Shown piece by piece: positions 47,751 through 59,690 of a stretch of 64,000 nucleotides of DNA. The translations under genes and the position numbers were made by a program. Source of the stretch: Mytilus edulis (Eukaryota); contig NC_092353.1 in assembly GCF_963676685.1 (NCBI RefSeq), positions 8,680,001-8,744,000 of the forward strand. Direction: 5' to 3'. The notes under the pieces are model-generated. The model made no database searches. It had not been told where the DNA came from and was given only the letters and a program-made list of their open reading frames with translations. Each line of letters opens with the position of its first letter. Within the stretch, counting starts at the first letter, position 1.

Positions 47751-49624
47751 TGAAGGGCTATTGTTAGATATTTATTTATTGTTAAAACTAGTAATTCCAT
47801 TCCATCATCATAACACAAATACACATTCATAGCTTCCAAGGATTATTGACATAAAACCTCATTATTCCATAGAAAAGAATCTTTTTAAAATGCTAAGTCA
47901 GTTATGCAATAGTAGTGAGCAAATATGATCAAAACACCCTTTTTTTACAAAATCATATATGCATTTAGATTTCTGATGATGCTGATTTTATTCCCTTTTC
48001 TAACATTGTCTTAATTGAAATGAAGAAAAATAAATAGAAATTTTAATATCATATATGCTATAAGTTTAGTTGCAGATCTTTATTAATTTCCTTCCATATA
48101 ACATTTTCTGTGTCAGGGTTAGAGTTTCATTTAACCATTATAAATATAATGTTGTTGTTTTAAGAGAGGCACTAATTTCTCACAAAAAAATGTATTATAT
48201 GTCTTCCACTTTTCTTAATAAAATTTACAAGATTGGTGTAATGTTAAAACTAAATCAACAATGAACTAAAATGTATTTTTATTTTCTATCATACATTATT
48301 TAAGCTGTTATGTTTTACTTTGCTGCCTTTCTGTCAAACTGAACAAGTAGAAGGGGGTACTTTTGGTACAGACCTTACTGATTTTCTGTATAGATAAATA
48401 CCAATTTAGGCTTAGTTGAGGGCCACATTGGGGTGTTAGTCTGATCCAAAATTGGTCCATTTTTGTAAACATGACATGTGAAAATAGGAAATAAAGTTTG
48501 ACAGAACACATGAGAATACAAGCCCTATTATTACAATAATAAGCTGGGAACTATACTTTTTAATTTATTACAATAAACCAAAATTATATTTCATGAAAAC
48601 AAAACCAGTCTGGTTTTACTGGACAGACTCAAATTGATAAACTAAAATGATATTGTTATTGAAGTATAATTCAAATTATAAGGGTTTATTTTACAGAATT
48701 TACTCCCTTACTATTATTTACTTTTACAATTTATGATTTATTGAATATTTGTGACATTTTATGTTAGCGGAACAAAAAGATGCTGTTGATATATTTTTAT
48801 ATGAATAAATAATAATTGAATTCAAAATGTTTTGTGTTTTTCCATTTAATCTTCTGACTATCAATTGACCTGTATTTTATTTAAAAACAATATTGCAATC
48901 TGCAAAGAATAAGGATATTATTCATTTAAATAAATGGTAAAACAGAAAAAAAAAAGAAAAACAATGCATGGTTCAATAGGGCTCTGGAAATAAATAAATG
49001 ATTTATTTATGCAGTCTTTTCATAGGAAGTTTCCAAAAAGACAAAATTAGTTGCCTTCCAGTTGAGTGAGCAGAAATCATGACTGTAATATGCAAATGAT
49101 TGAAAATACATTTGTAGTCTCCTACACTTGTTGTCCGTATAGTATGAAGTCATACTGTCTGTCGACACCAAAACTATCAGACTACTAGTATATATGAGTA
49201 TATTGCTTGACCACGATTTTACCATTATTTTTCAAACTTGCCTGTTATCTATAAAAGCAAATAGACAGAAAGAAACAGTTAATAGCATGAATGTTCATAC
49301 CAACAAATTTTACAAATTAGTCATCATGATAGAAGTTGTCATTCGACTCCATATATGTGCAATTGGCCTTAAAAGGACAATCTTTGCCATTTTCATTTTG
49401 CAGATTAAAGAGTGTGTCCAATTTTAACTTTCTGGATTTTTAGTCCATACTATATTGACACTTTATATCGTTTCAATTCAATAACTGAACCCTTCTACAT
49501 TTTGTTTTCAAATTATAAAATGCTACTTCTGATGACGAAATGGAGGATATGTTCAGTCCTGACGATTTTTAACTATATTGTTTTAGAGTTATGGACCTTG
49601 ATCAATTGGAAAATGGCACTTTAT

Positions 49625-50040
49625 CACAAGGAAGCTATTAAACCAAGAGTTCCAAATGGTGAAGTTGAAATCATCCCCTCATAAATTTTACGGACGCCAT
49701 CACGAGTTGGTTGACCGTCATGGAATAACCGTTTCACAAATGATATAGGATATATTCCTTACGTCGTAACTACAATCCCCTTCTCTTTCATGAATGTGAC
49801 CTACTGAATTAGACTATTTACCGGATTTGTTATAACATGAGCAACACGACGGGTGCCACATGTGGAGCAGGATCTGCTTACCCTTCCGGAGCACCTGAGA
49901 TTACCCATAGTTTTTGGTGGGGTTCGTGTTGCTTATTCTATAGTCTTCTATGTTGTGTCATGGATACTGTTGTTTGTCTGTTTGTCATTTTTAGCCATGG
50001 CGTTGTCAGTTTATTTTCGATTTATTTTCGTCCCTCTTTT
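49625..50040 (+). mobile_element. shorter copy of the 6075-6705 Penelope-like family
   Basis: Near-identical to 6258-6705. A further decayed piece lies at ~55985-56080. Confidence 0.85.
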
Positions 50041-51088
50041 ATGTCGTTTGTATGAAATAAATTATGAACCATTTGACCAATGCATATGGTATTCAGATTT
50101 TATAATGTTGTTATTGGTGAATAATTGAAGGTCAAGTTCGATATTTATGAAAGTTACTTTTTCCTTCATAGAGTTATGGTTCTATGTATATTGAAAAATG
50201 GCACTTTATGTCCATTTTCGTGCAATGACAGAGAACCGTTCAACCTATGCTCTTATAATTTAAATATGATTAAACTGATGTAGAAATGATGGTCAAATTT
50301 GATATTATAAGTTATATGTCTCGCTACTGCCCTCTATGAATCGATTAGTAACCATATCCAGTTCTATTTGTTTAAGTTTCATTTGATAAAATGAAATACA
50401 CCAGCCTATAAAAGGACAATGAACGACGAAGGAATACAATAATTCATTTAGCATATCTCTCTTTATAGAATGGTCCCTAAAACCAGGTGGTTAAAATCAG
50501 TTGTCATCTTAAACTTCTACTTGGGATTATGCATTATACACTCTCAATATCACTTGACAGCCTTCGGCTTGTTAAAATTCTCACATTGATCGTCTTTAAA
50601 ATGACTTCAGATTTATCAACCTCAAGTTGTCCATTTCTACCATCGAATGAGAATTAAAAACGGATATACAAATCGACAACCTTTTTCTTGGCTAATGATA
50701 AGCATGATATAATTTCTCTCCTGGAGTTACTTTATCGCCCTTTCTTTTTTTATATAGAGTTCGAATTGTTAAGTCCTCAGTTGTTTGTTATGGTCAAGCT
50801 GATTAAAATAAATCATTTTCTCTAAATTCTCTGTTATCTTTGTTGGCCGTGGCGTAAACATGACAATTCATTCTGACAGAGCATACGATTTAAATCTGAT
50901 TGTTTGCTTGACCGTCTGCTCTTTATATATAAAGTTACATGTATGCATATCTTGTTTATTGGTTTGATGTTATATTTATTTAAGTTGCGTTTAAATTCAC
51001 AAGGTTGAAAAAAATAGATCCATTATTTGTATGTGGTCCTGTGAGTCTTACTCAATCGAATACACTTCTGATTTCAATCGGATTCTCT

Positions 51089-54000
51089 TCAAACTTCTCG
51101 CAGTTTACAGAGTTCAAAACTGTATTCTCGGTCCCTACAAAATAAAAAAAGATAATGTTAACACTGATGAATGAACTTAATTCCCTTAACATAAAAGTTG
51201 CATACGAAGCCATGATTTTGATTGGCCGAGGCATAGCAACGTTGTATTTTATTGAGTATTAAAGGATATATAAAAATGCGACATCTTTGATTGCACATGC
51301 CCTGCATGATAACATGAAACATTACATCGATAAGGTACACAATATGCTGGATTCAATTCGCAGTTTTAAGAAATTCAGAAGAAATGTAAGTAGAAGAATT
51401 GAAAGCTTCCCTTTGTAATTTAATAAGTTTGTATAATGTTCAGCGCTTTCTAAGTTGCTTTACTTGATAATTTAAGGTTTTTGTAACAAGTGTTATTTAA
51501 AATTATTTTTAAATGTTTTATGTTTGAAATTGAAAATAGTATTTCATTGAACAAAAACAATTTAAAAACCCCGTTCTGCCCCAGAATTATGGACTTTAAT
51601 ACACTAGCACTATAGTAAACTAAATAATGCTGTAACGACAATTGAAAGTTGAATCACAGTAATACTTTCCACCTTTCTCTCGGATGTCGGTTGTTCGTTA
51701 TAAAGAAGGGACATGGCAGATGCAGAAATACAAGACAGTGCGGATTGTCAAAGTAAGTGTTCACAGAACTCATACACATCCAACTTGTTTTGTTTTAAAC
51801 TATGAGTAATCAAATTGATATACATGACAAAATAACCAACTGGAGAGAACACCAGCATAACCAAAACAAATGTAATCAAATATGTTTTGATTTAAAAGAA
51901 TGATTAAAAGGATAGTTCCTACATGGTCTTGATTTATAAATGGTTTAATAGTAAAAGATGCTAGATATATGCCACGATTAAAACTTCTGATCTATATTTT
52001 GTTAATTTCAAACTAACTCATGTCTGTTATCATGGGTGCTGGTCACGCCTCTCATTACATAATTCAGTGGAACATCAACAGAGAAATAGGAATCCCAATT
52101 GGTATGCGATGTCTGGTAGCATTCTGTAACATCAAAACCTGCAACAATAGTAAATAGTTGTAAATAGATAATCATGGAAAACAAGAAAAACAAGAAAAAA
52201 TCGACGAATAAGTGAACAAAACATTGCACTAACACGACAAAAAAACCCTGGTTTAATGCAGATGTTTCACTAGTAATAACCATCGTGTTACTAATGAGAA
52301 TTATAATTATTTGACAAAAGAGTATTTTCCAATATTATATAAATGCCATTTTCTAGATTCAATCAATCGACATTGCAATCATTTGTTTCGGATCAGCATG
52401 TGTTCTCTACTCGTTATAATGGGTAGATAGGACATTGCATATAATACTTACATTTGTTCATTAACACTCCTGCGGTTCAGATATTTGATGAAGATTTTGT
52501 TTTATCTCCAAAGTAGTTTTGTATCCCTGTCTATGATACAAACAATACAATGACACAAACATAATATTTAAAAAATGTTTGTTGCAGATAATGAGCCTAT
52601 ATCTGCAGCCATTGAAAAGGACCATAAAATTGAGAATGGAAATGGAGAATGTGTTAAAGAGACAACAAACCGACCATAGAAAAAACAACGGCAGACGATC
52701 ACCAACAGGTCTTCAATGTAGCGAGAAATTCCCGCATCCCCCGGAGGCGTCCTTCAGCTGGCCCCTAAACAAATATATACTAGTTCAGTGATAATGAACG
52801 CCATACTAATTTCCAAATTGTACACAAGAAACTAAAATTAAAATAATACAAGACTAACAAAGGCCAGAGACTTCTGACTTGGGACAGGCGCAAAAATGCG
52901 GCGGGGTTAAACATGTTTATGAGATCTCAACCCTCCCCATATACCTCTAGCCAATGTAGAAAAGTAAACGCATAACAATACGCACATTAAAATTAGTTCA
53001 AGAGATGTCCGAGTTTGATGTCAGAAGATGTAACCAAAGAAAATAAACAAAATGACAATGATACATAAATAACAACAGACTACTAGCAGTTAACTGACAT
53101 GCCAGCTCCAGACTTCAATTAAACTGATTGAAATATTATGATTCCATCATATGAATATCAGGCACAATCCTTCCCGTTAGGGGTTTAGTATCATACCATC
53201 AAAAACAATATGAGAAGAACATAACCCGTGTCATGCCAACAACTGGTTTTTGAATAAATATGTTCAGTTCCGATGCAAGTGAATGAATCAATATTAACGC
53301 CAAAATATGCAATCTTTAATGACCTGACAACAGTATCGTAATTATATCCCTTCTTGAGAAGTCTATTTAAAGGTTTTGTTAGTTTCTGAGGTGAATACTG
53401 ACATTTTTGTGCTTTATAAAGAATATTTCCATAAAAAATTGGATGTGAAATACCTGAACGTATAAGAAGTTTGCATGTTGAGCTATATTTATGAATGATG
53501 TCCTTTACTTGTCTAAAGGAGAAACAACAAAAAGCAGTAAACCAACCACCTATTAAAATTGAATGGAAAACACTTACGATAGACAACAAACAACAACAAC
53601 TGACATACATCAGAATCAAAATTGGGACAAAATACAATGTGGCGGGGTTGACATTGTTTGCAAGAAAACTACTTGCTTGGTAGTAATCGATATATGTGTT
53701 CATTCTTACCGTCATGTTCACAGCAGTAGAAATCCCACCGTCTATCTTCACTTCCGTTATCATGGATACTTCTCATTCCATGTATATATCCATGGTATTT
53801 ACATTGAAAGGCAAAGAATTCATCAAACCCATTTACATAACCTGACAAAGGAATTGAAATATGATTAAGATTCATAATCGCCTAAAAGACATTTATTTTC
53901 TCGTGTCCGGTATGTGTTCACGCAAAATATTTTGTGGATACTGATCAACATTATATAAAATAGTATATTAGTATTGCTGAGATTTTTTTCTCCCGATGTT

Positions 54001-54811
54001 CATTTGCCTCTGTAAATATAAAAAAGAAGATGTGGTTTTGTTCAAAAAGTAAAATCACAAACAATCTGAACTCCGAGGAAAATTCAATCGGAAAGTCCCT
54101 AATGACATGGCAAAATCAAATGACAAAACACATCAAACGAATGGACAAGAACATTATGTTGCAATTTTGGTTAATAATAATCTTTACTAGTTCGGCATTG
54201 TATTGAAGTGTCATTCCATATCATTGTTATCAACAATGAAATAAACAAAAAAATATTTATAAGAAATGAATACTTATTTATTCAGTAATACTTTACATCA
54301 AGTATGAATTATATGTATTGTTTCCGAAACAAATCTTAAGTTTCCTCCGTTAACTTGTTTGTGATATACATTATCTTCCAGCTTTGAAACAGAAATGAAC
54401 ATAAGTTGGAATATTCTCAGACATATCAGACTAACAAAATATAAAGAATTAAATAAAATATTTAGATGCATAAATAATTTTATTTTGTAGTCCTCACTTT
54501 AATTCAGTTTTGTATCTCGCAATATGCACATGCAGTTGGAGCTTTTGATATTTTTTTTTATAAGGTAGGAATATGATTTTACGACTTTACAACCTACCAC
54601 TCCATTGACATCTAGACCCAATTCCAGTAGATATCCTGCAAATAATATCAAAAATTCTATCTTCGTGACGGTTATCATGCTGACTACGGATCCCAGATAC
54701 AGACTGATTGTTTGGGCAAATATACTCCAGTTTTCCATCATAACTATTCAACCAACAGTCGCATGTTGTGAATATGATGGCCAAAGTGACAAAGATAGCT
54801 TTGGTGTTCAT
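51089..54811 (-). CDS. dermatopontin / haemagglutinin-amoebocyte aggregation factor-like secreted protein, 4 coding exons, 170 aa
   Basis: Exons (minus) 54811-54598, 53841-53710, 52138-52018, 51134-51089; GT-AG; 513 nt. Signal peptide MNTKAIFVTLAIIFTTCDC, then three repeats of the dermatopontin motif S-x-H-D-N-x-x-E-D-R (SQHDNRHEDRIF, SIHDNGSEDRRW, STHDNRHEDREY) with conserved Cys and N-x-x-D. Confidence 0.9.
52625..53505 (-). mobile_element. second copy of the same Penelope-like 3' end, in intron 2 of the dermatopontin-like gene
   Basis: DIIHKYSSTCKLLIRSGISHPIFYGNILYKAQKCQYSPQKLTKPLNRL plus the same 3' UTR as 62945-63826. Confidence 0.8.
53147..53213 (-). promoter_or_regulatory. second copy of the SECIS-like element
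   Basis: Same helix II, AAA and apical helix as 63240-63306. The core reads TTGAT...TGAT, with the A before UGA changed to T. Confidence 0.65.
54045..54150. repeat. dispersed short repeat (family B)
   Basis: AAAATCACAA..CTGAACTCCGAGGAAAATTCAA..GGAAAGTCCCTAAT..ATGGCAAAATCAAA. Copies at 285-405, 9500-9600, 42310-42415 and inverted at 54990-55125. Confidence 0.7.
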
Positions 54812-56202
54812 CTTCTGAAATTAGAAAGTTGTTTATTGTATTCTCAAAATTAAGCTATTAACAGTGTTATTATTCAGATTAATTTAATGGTAGGTGGAAA
54901 CGATTTACATTGATCACTAATTGATTCTTCAGCTGAGTATGTTGATAGCCCCTTTATATCCCAGATAGTAATGGTCAGTAGTCGAAAGAAGCATTATTTC
55001 AGGAATAGTACAGTTATTGTCCATTCGTTTTATCATATGTTTTGTCATTTGATTTTGCTATTTGATTAGGGACTTTCCGTTTTACATTTTTCTCGGATTT
55101 CAGTATTTTTGTGATTTACATTTTACATCAATAACAATATATGTAGAAACCTGTCAAATGTTCCTTTGTGGACCGTTTGTCATTTACATGTACTATGTTT
55201 CTACTAAATACAAAACACTCTCTAGTCACATTTGAACTAAATCAGATCATTTAAATGATCTCTTATTTTGTTATCTCATCTCTAATAAATGTTTTCCATT
55301 TTCAAACCTTTCACTAAAACTGAGACGTGTTATTGTCAATAATTTTTATAATGAAATGATTGAGAAATGCCTTCGAGTGAACGTCGATATGTTTGAAAGT
55401 AGCATGGCTAACAATCTAGTGTAGTTAATGAACGGTATGTTGAATAGCTGTCTTTTGGTAGATTTTAATCATCAGTATATTTCCCTTCAAATCTTTTATT
55501 TATTTTAAGGAATAAGCTATCAAGATGTACAGAAGTACTGATGTACCTCCGAAAGGTGCATCTAAGCAATTATGTATATGATCGTTAACATTCTAGTTAT
55601 ATTAACAAATTAGCCAACGAAAATAGTGTATTTCCTATTTCAGCACAAGTTTTCTTCTCATAATACAGAGTAAAGTTTTACGACGGTGGGGCTACGTGTT
55701 TCGGGGCTAAGTGTAAGTATTTCCCACGAAGTGAAGCAATTGTCAGTCCAAATATCAAGATCTGGAAATGGCTACAATGAAAATGTACTATTCAGACGAG
55801 TTCTCTTCAGATATATATTTATTTTGTCAGTCGGTATAAATATTCATGATAATGATGTCAAAACAATTTAAGGGAGCATTTGAAATGTACTGTAATAAAA
55901 TTGATTAAGCATCAACAGCAAAGATTTCGCAAATGTATTCAAATCAAAAATCATGCAGCACACAGAAAAATTAATCCGTTTCACTGATGATATCGGATAT
56001 GTTCCTTACTACAGCAAGTCATAACTACAATCCAATTCCCTTTTCACTACGAATGTGACCTACCGAATTATACTATTTAAAATGTGTCTGTGCGCTTGTA
56101 GTACTAATCTGTTGTCAATATTCATATTTCCACTTCGTTGGAAGTGCCAATGAATTTGATAAAACAAAATCATCATAGATATCAGAATTGAAATTCAATA
56201 TT

Positions 56203-56247
56203 AACATCAGACGCTCAATTCGTCTACAAAAGACTCATCAGTGACGC
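56203..56247 (-). ncRNA. degenerate hammerhead (GAAA to GAAT)
   Basis: Minus strand GCGTCA-CTGATGA-GTCT-TTTGT-AGAC-GAAT-TGAGCG-TC-TGATGT. Confidence 0.55.
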
Positions 56248-56658
56248 TCGAATCAAAAAATGTTGAAGAGACCTGAGGACCCAAAAGAAGTGAGTGAGAT
56301 TTTATAACTGTGTTTTATTGATTTTGTTTTGCGATTTTGATACCGTAAACTGTCATTCGTCACCTTTCATGGAAACATATATAAGTTTATTTTTATCAAT
56401 GTTAATGCAACGTTTTCGAAATAAATGACTTTGTTTAAACATATGCAGTTATTATTTCAAAAACATAATATATTTGGTATGTGAATACCATAGTATGTGA
56501 TATTCTGTAGAAAATAATAACTTCATGAAAAAAGCAATATCGCAAAAAATGAAAATCAATAAAAAAAAAAATACCCACACCCATTTGATTTAAAGAATTG
56601 AACCGATAATATTCAGATGGTTAAAAATAATCAATTATATTGCACTAGATGCACTTAA

Positions 56659-57189
56659 GGGGGCTCGCGGGTCTAAGCTAAAAAAAATTAATTTAATATA
56701 GGATTTCTCCATATTTTTCTATAAATTAACTTTATCTTATACTTAATAGAAAAATGAAATAAAAAAATGGGATCACCGTTCATTTACGCTCACAATCCGC
56801 CTTCGAAAGATGCATACAATTTTGTTAATGTCCTTTTTTTTTGTTGAACTAATAGGAGAAATAGCGGTTATATCGAATCAAAAAAGAACTTAATTACAGA
56901 AATCGCTTAAATTTTACAATTATTTTGTTTATGTACAGCTTATTCGAAAACAGCAATAACAAATATAGGTAACCGATCAGTTAAAAAAGATATTTCAATT
57001 GTAATGCCAAAATGTTTTTTTCAATGATATCTACATTTTGAAAGTCACATGGGGCCAACACGAATTGATTTTTTGGAATGATTTTTGTACCATATGATAA
57101 AGTAACAACTACTTAAGGTAATAAATAAAATTTGTAATGAAAAAATAATGTTTAATTTTTTTCTGCAAATCTTATACCCGCGAGCCTCC
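56659..57189. mobile_element. non-autonomous DNA transposon with TTAA target duplication (Kolobok-like GG termini)
   Basis: TTAA-GGGGGCTCGCGGGTCTAAG ... CTTATACCCGCGAGCCTCC-TTAA. Confidence 0.85.
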
Positions 57190-59690
57190 TTAAGACTAAT
57201 TTTTGTGATAATTAAAATAATTGGGAAATAATCAGAAGTACCAAACTTCCTTATTTTTATAGCAATACAAACGTTTGAAGAACTTACGAGACTTATTGTT
57301 TCATTCTTTGACAACCATTTCGAATTTATAGAATAATAACATAAATATCATAATCATCAGATGAAATGTTAATTTATGACGACAATTGAACATATAAATA
57401 ATCCAATAAACCTGTAATAAATTGATATTTAAAATAAAAGTTGTCAAAACAAACAACGGAAAAAATATTGAATACTTATACCAATGAAGACATCAATTCA
57501 GTTCATTTACCTTCGTAAAAGTCGTGACAATCCAACCCTTTTCAGTAGATAAGATGAACAACGTTAGATAGTGTATATATACCACCATTCATATCTTTGA
57601 AACATGAGACATCAAATTATCTCGTTGTTTTTGAAATAAAGAAAATGTAATCTAATTCCGATAAAAATCTTGATTTTTTTTACATTTTTTTTATGTAATC
57701 AGAAATAGCCTTTTTGAATTCAGAGATATAAACGAATTGTCTGTAAAGTTAAAACATATATTCTCCATACCAATTTTACAATCTTTGACCTCGGATAAGG
57801 AAATTAACTGAAAAATTTGTAGAATTATTACTGATTGCGAGTTTGAGACTCTCTGTGTCTCGCATCTATTTCAGAATAATATCAGACTTTAACGCTAGAC
57901 CACTGTCCGACGTGAGTGTTTTTTTTAGACACGCACAAACATATTTTCCGAGCACATCTTACACTTTCTCGATGTTAGGGATTTAAATTAATGAGCGCTG
58001 CTTTCAGTATCAGAAGGCAAGGGGAGAGTAAGTTAGGCGTTTATTTCCCGTTGAATATGATACTTTGGAATGCAAACAAAAACCAATATAAATTAAAAAA
58101 AAATGACATATGACACTTTAATGTTAAGAATGTTAGTGTATGTGCTATAACGTTTATTACTGTTGTTATAATAACCAATCCCAGTCTTTCGGTCTATATT
58201 TAGACATACTAACTGTCTTTATCATATCATTGTTGATTAGTGCAGGTTTGTTTTGTAATCCCCAATGTACCAAGTACCCAAAGAATTTTATCTTGAATGC
58301 ATCGATAACATATGCAAACTTTAGATTAAATTACATACGATCTTCTTAAAAGGAGAAGATAATTGTCTGCATCCGGTATCTACAATGAACCACATGTACA
58401 AGGTAAGAAACAAAATGTTCCTTTCCTATAAGATATCAAGAAAAATTCTAAACATAAATAAGAAATAACAAACATTATGCAATGATTTAGCTTTTTTATG
58501 TTGTATCAAATGTACCGATAAAATCCAAGGTTTGCATATTTTTGGAATGATTTATTTTTTCAAATCCGATTAACTAGAATTTTTCCTTGAGCGTGCGTGT
58601 CGTTTTTTTGAAAAAAAAAAATTATTGGTGTGTATTTTTATGCTCTTTTTACATGTTTACACCGTTTTCCCCAATTTTTGTGTTTTTTGTTTGTCGGAAG
58701 AAACTCGTAGCGAAATCAAATATCAAACAATACATACATAGTGAAAGGTAGGTCCTATACACATAGCGTATAGTGTACCGCTGGCAGATTTGTGAGATTT
58801 ACTCTTAGTAAGATTGTTTGTGTTTTTTTATTTTAGATAGAGAAATTGCCTTTTGTGAAGTCATGTACAATTTATTCAATTTTTTTGAATAATTTTGATA
58901 AAAGAGGACAATTAAATCAATTTAAAGATATCTCTTACGAAAAAAAAAGAGGTCCCGTATTTAAGAGTGTTTTTATTATTTTCTTTGATAAAATGTTTTG
59001 ATGCGGGGAACCTGAATTGAGATTTGCAGTGACAACAATAATATAAAATATTTAGAGGAACGAGCATTCTAGGAAAACAATTTAGACGACAACAAAGTAG
59101 TCGACACCAAACGACTACCTTAGTTTTGAACATCTTAGATGAAAGATATAAAACAACAAAGATGAATTTCTCCTCCAAAACATGACATTCACACTTTTTT
59201 ATTTATAAAATACCGTGGCTATTAAGTATCAATGAAATATTTTGTACTGCAATGTTTACATGCTGTTTTTAAACAGTTAAACGGATTGTCTGTTTTTTCT
59301 CTCTATAATGGGTTCCGCTAATTCTAATATGTTTTAATTACAAACAAGTTATTTCATAGTAAACAACGAAAGAGGATGTAAATATAAGATAAGAAGTTTG
59401 CCACGTATGATGACTATCGATAATGTTGGAGTTTCTGGGAAAAAGGAATAACGCAGGTTCATTTCAGCAACAAACATTGAATCACACGGAAAACTGTTCA
59501 GATTGAAATGGTAAGAATCTCGATTATCTTTGATCCTCCTACTAAATCAACATAAAAAAATATTTATTTTATGTTTCTTATTTTAATTTATTTTTCAGGC
59601 ACTACCTACATTTCGTATATATCAGACCTCAACAAAATAACCAGTGAGCAATAGTGCTAATATCTTGACGATCTTAACAAATGATTAAAC

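Noticed and set aside
47748-51091. Sec readthrough of the TGA stops of PDXK or the dermatopontin-like gene
   Set aside because: Both stops fall at the expected protein ends, and no credible SECIS lies downstream on the same strand.
53191-53763. 190-aa ORF as a gene
   Set aside because: It is a chimera of an off-frame dermatopontin exon, intron sequence and the PLE RT tail.
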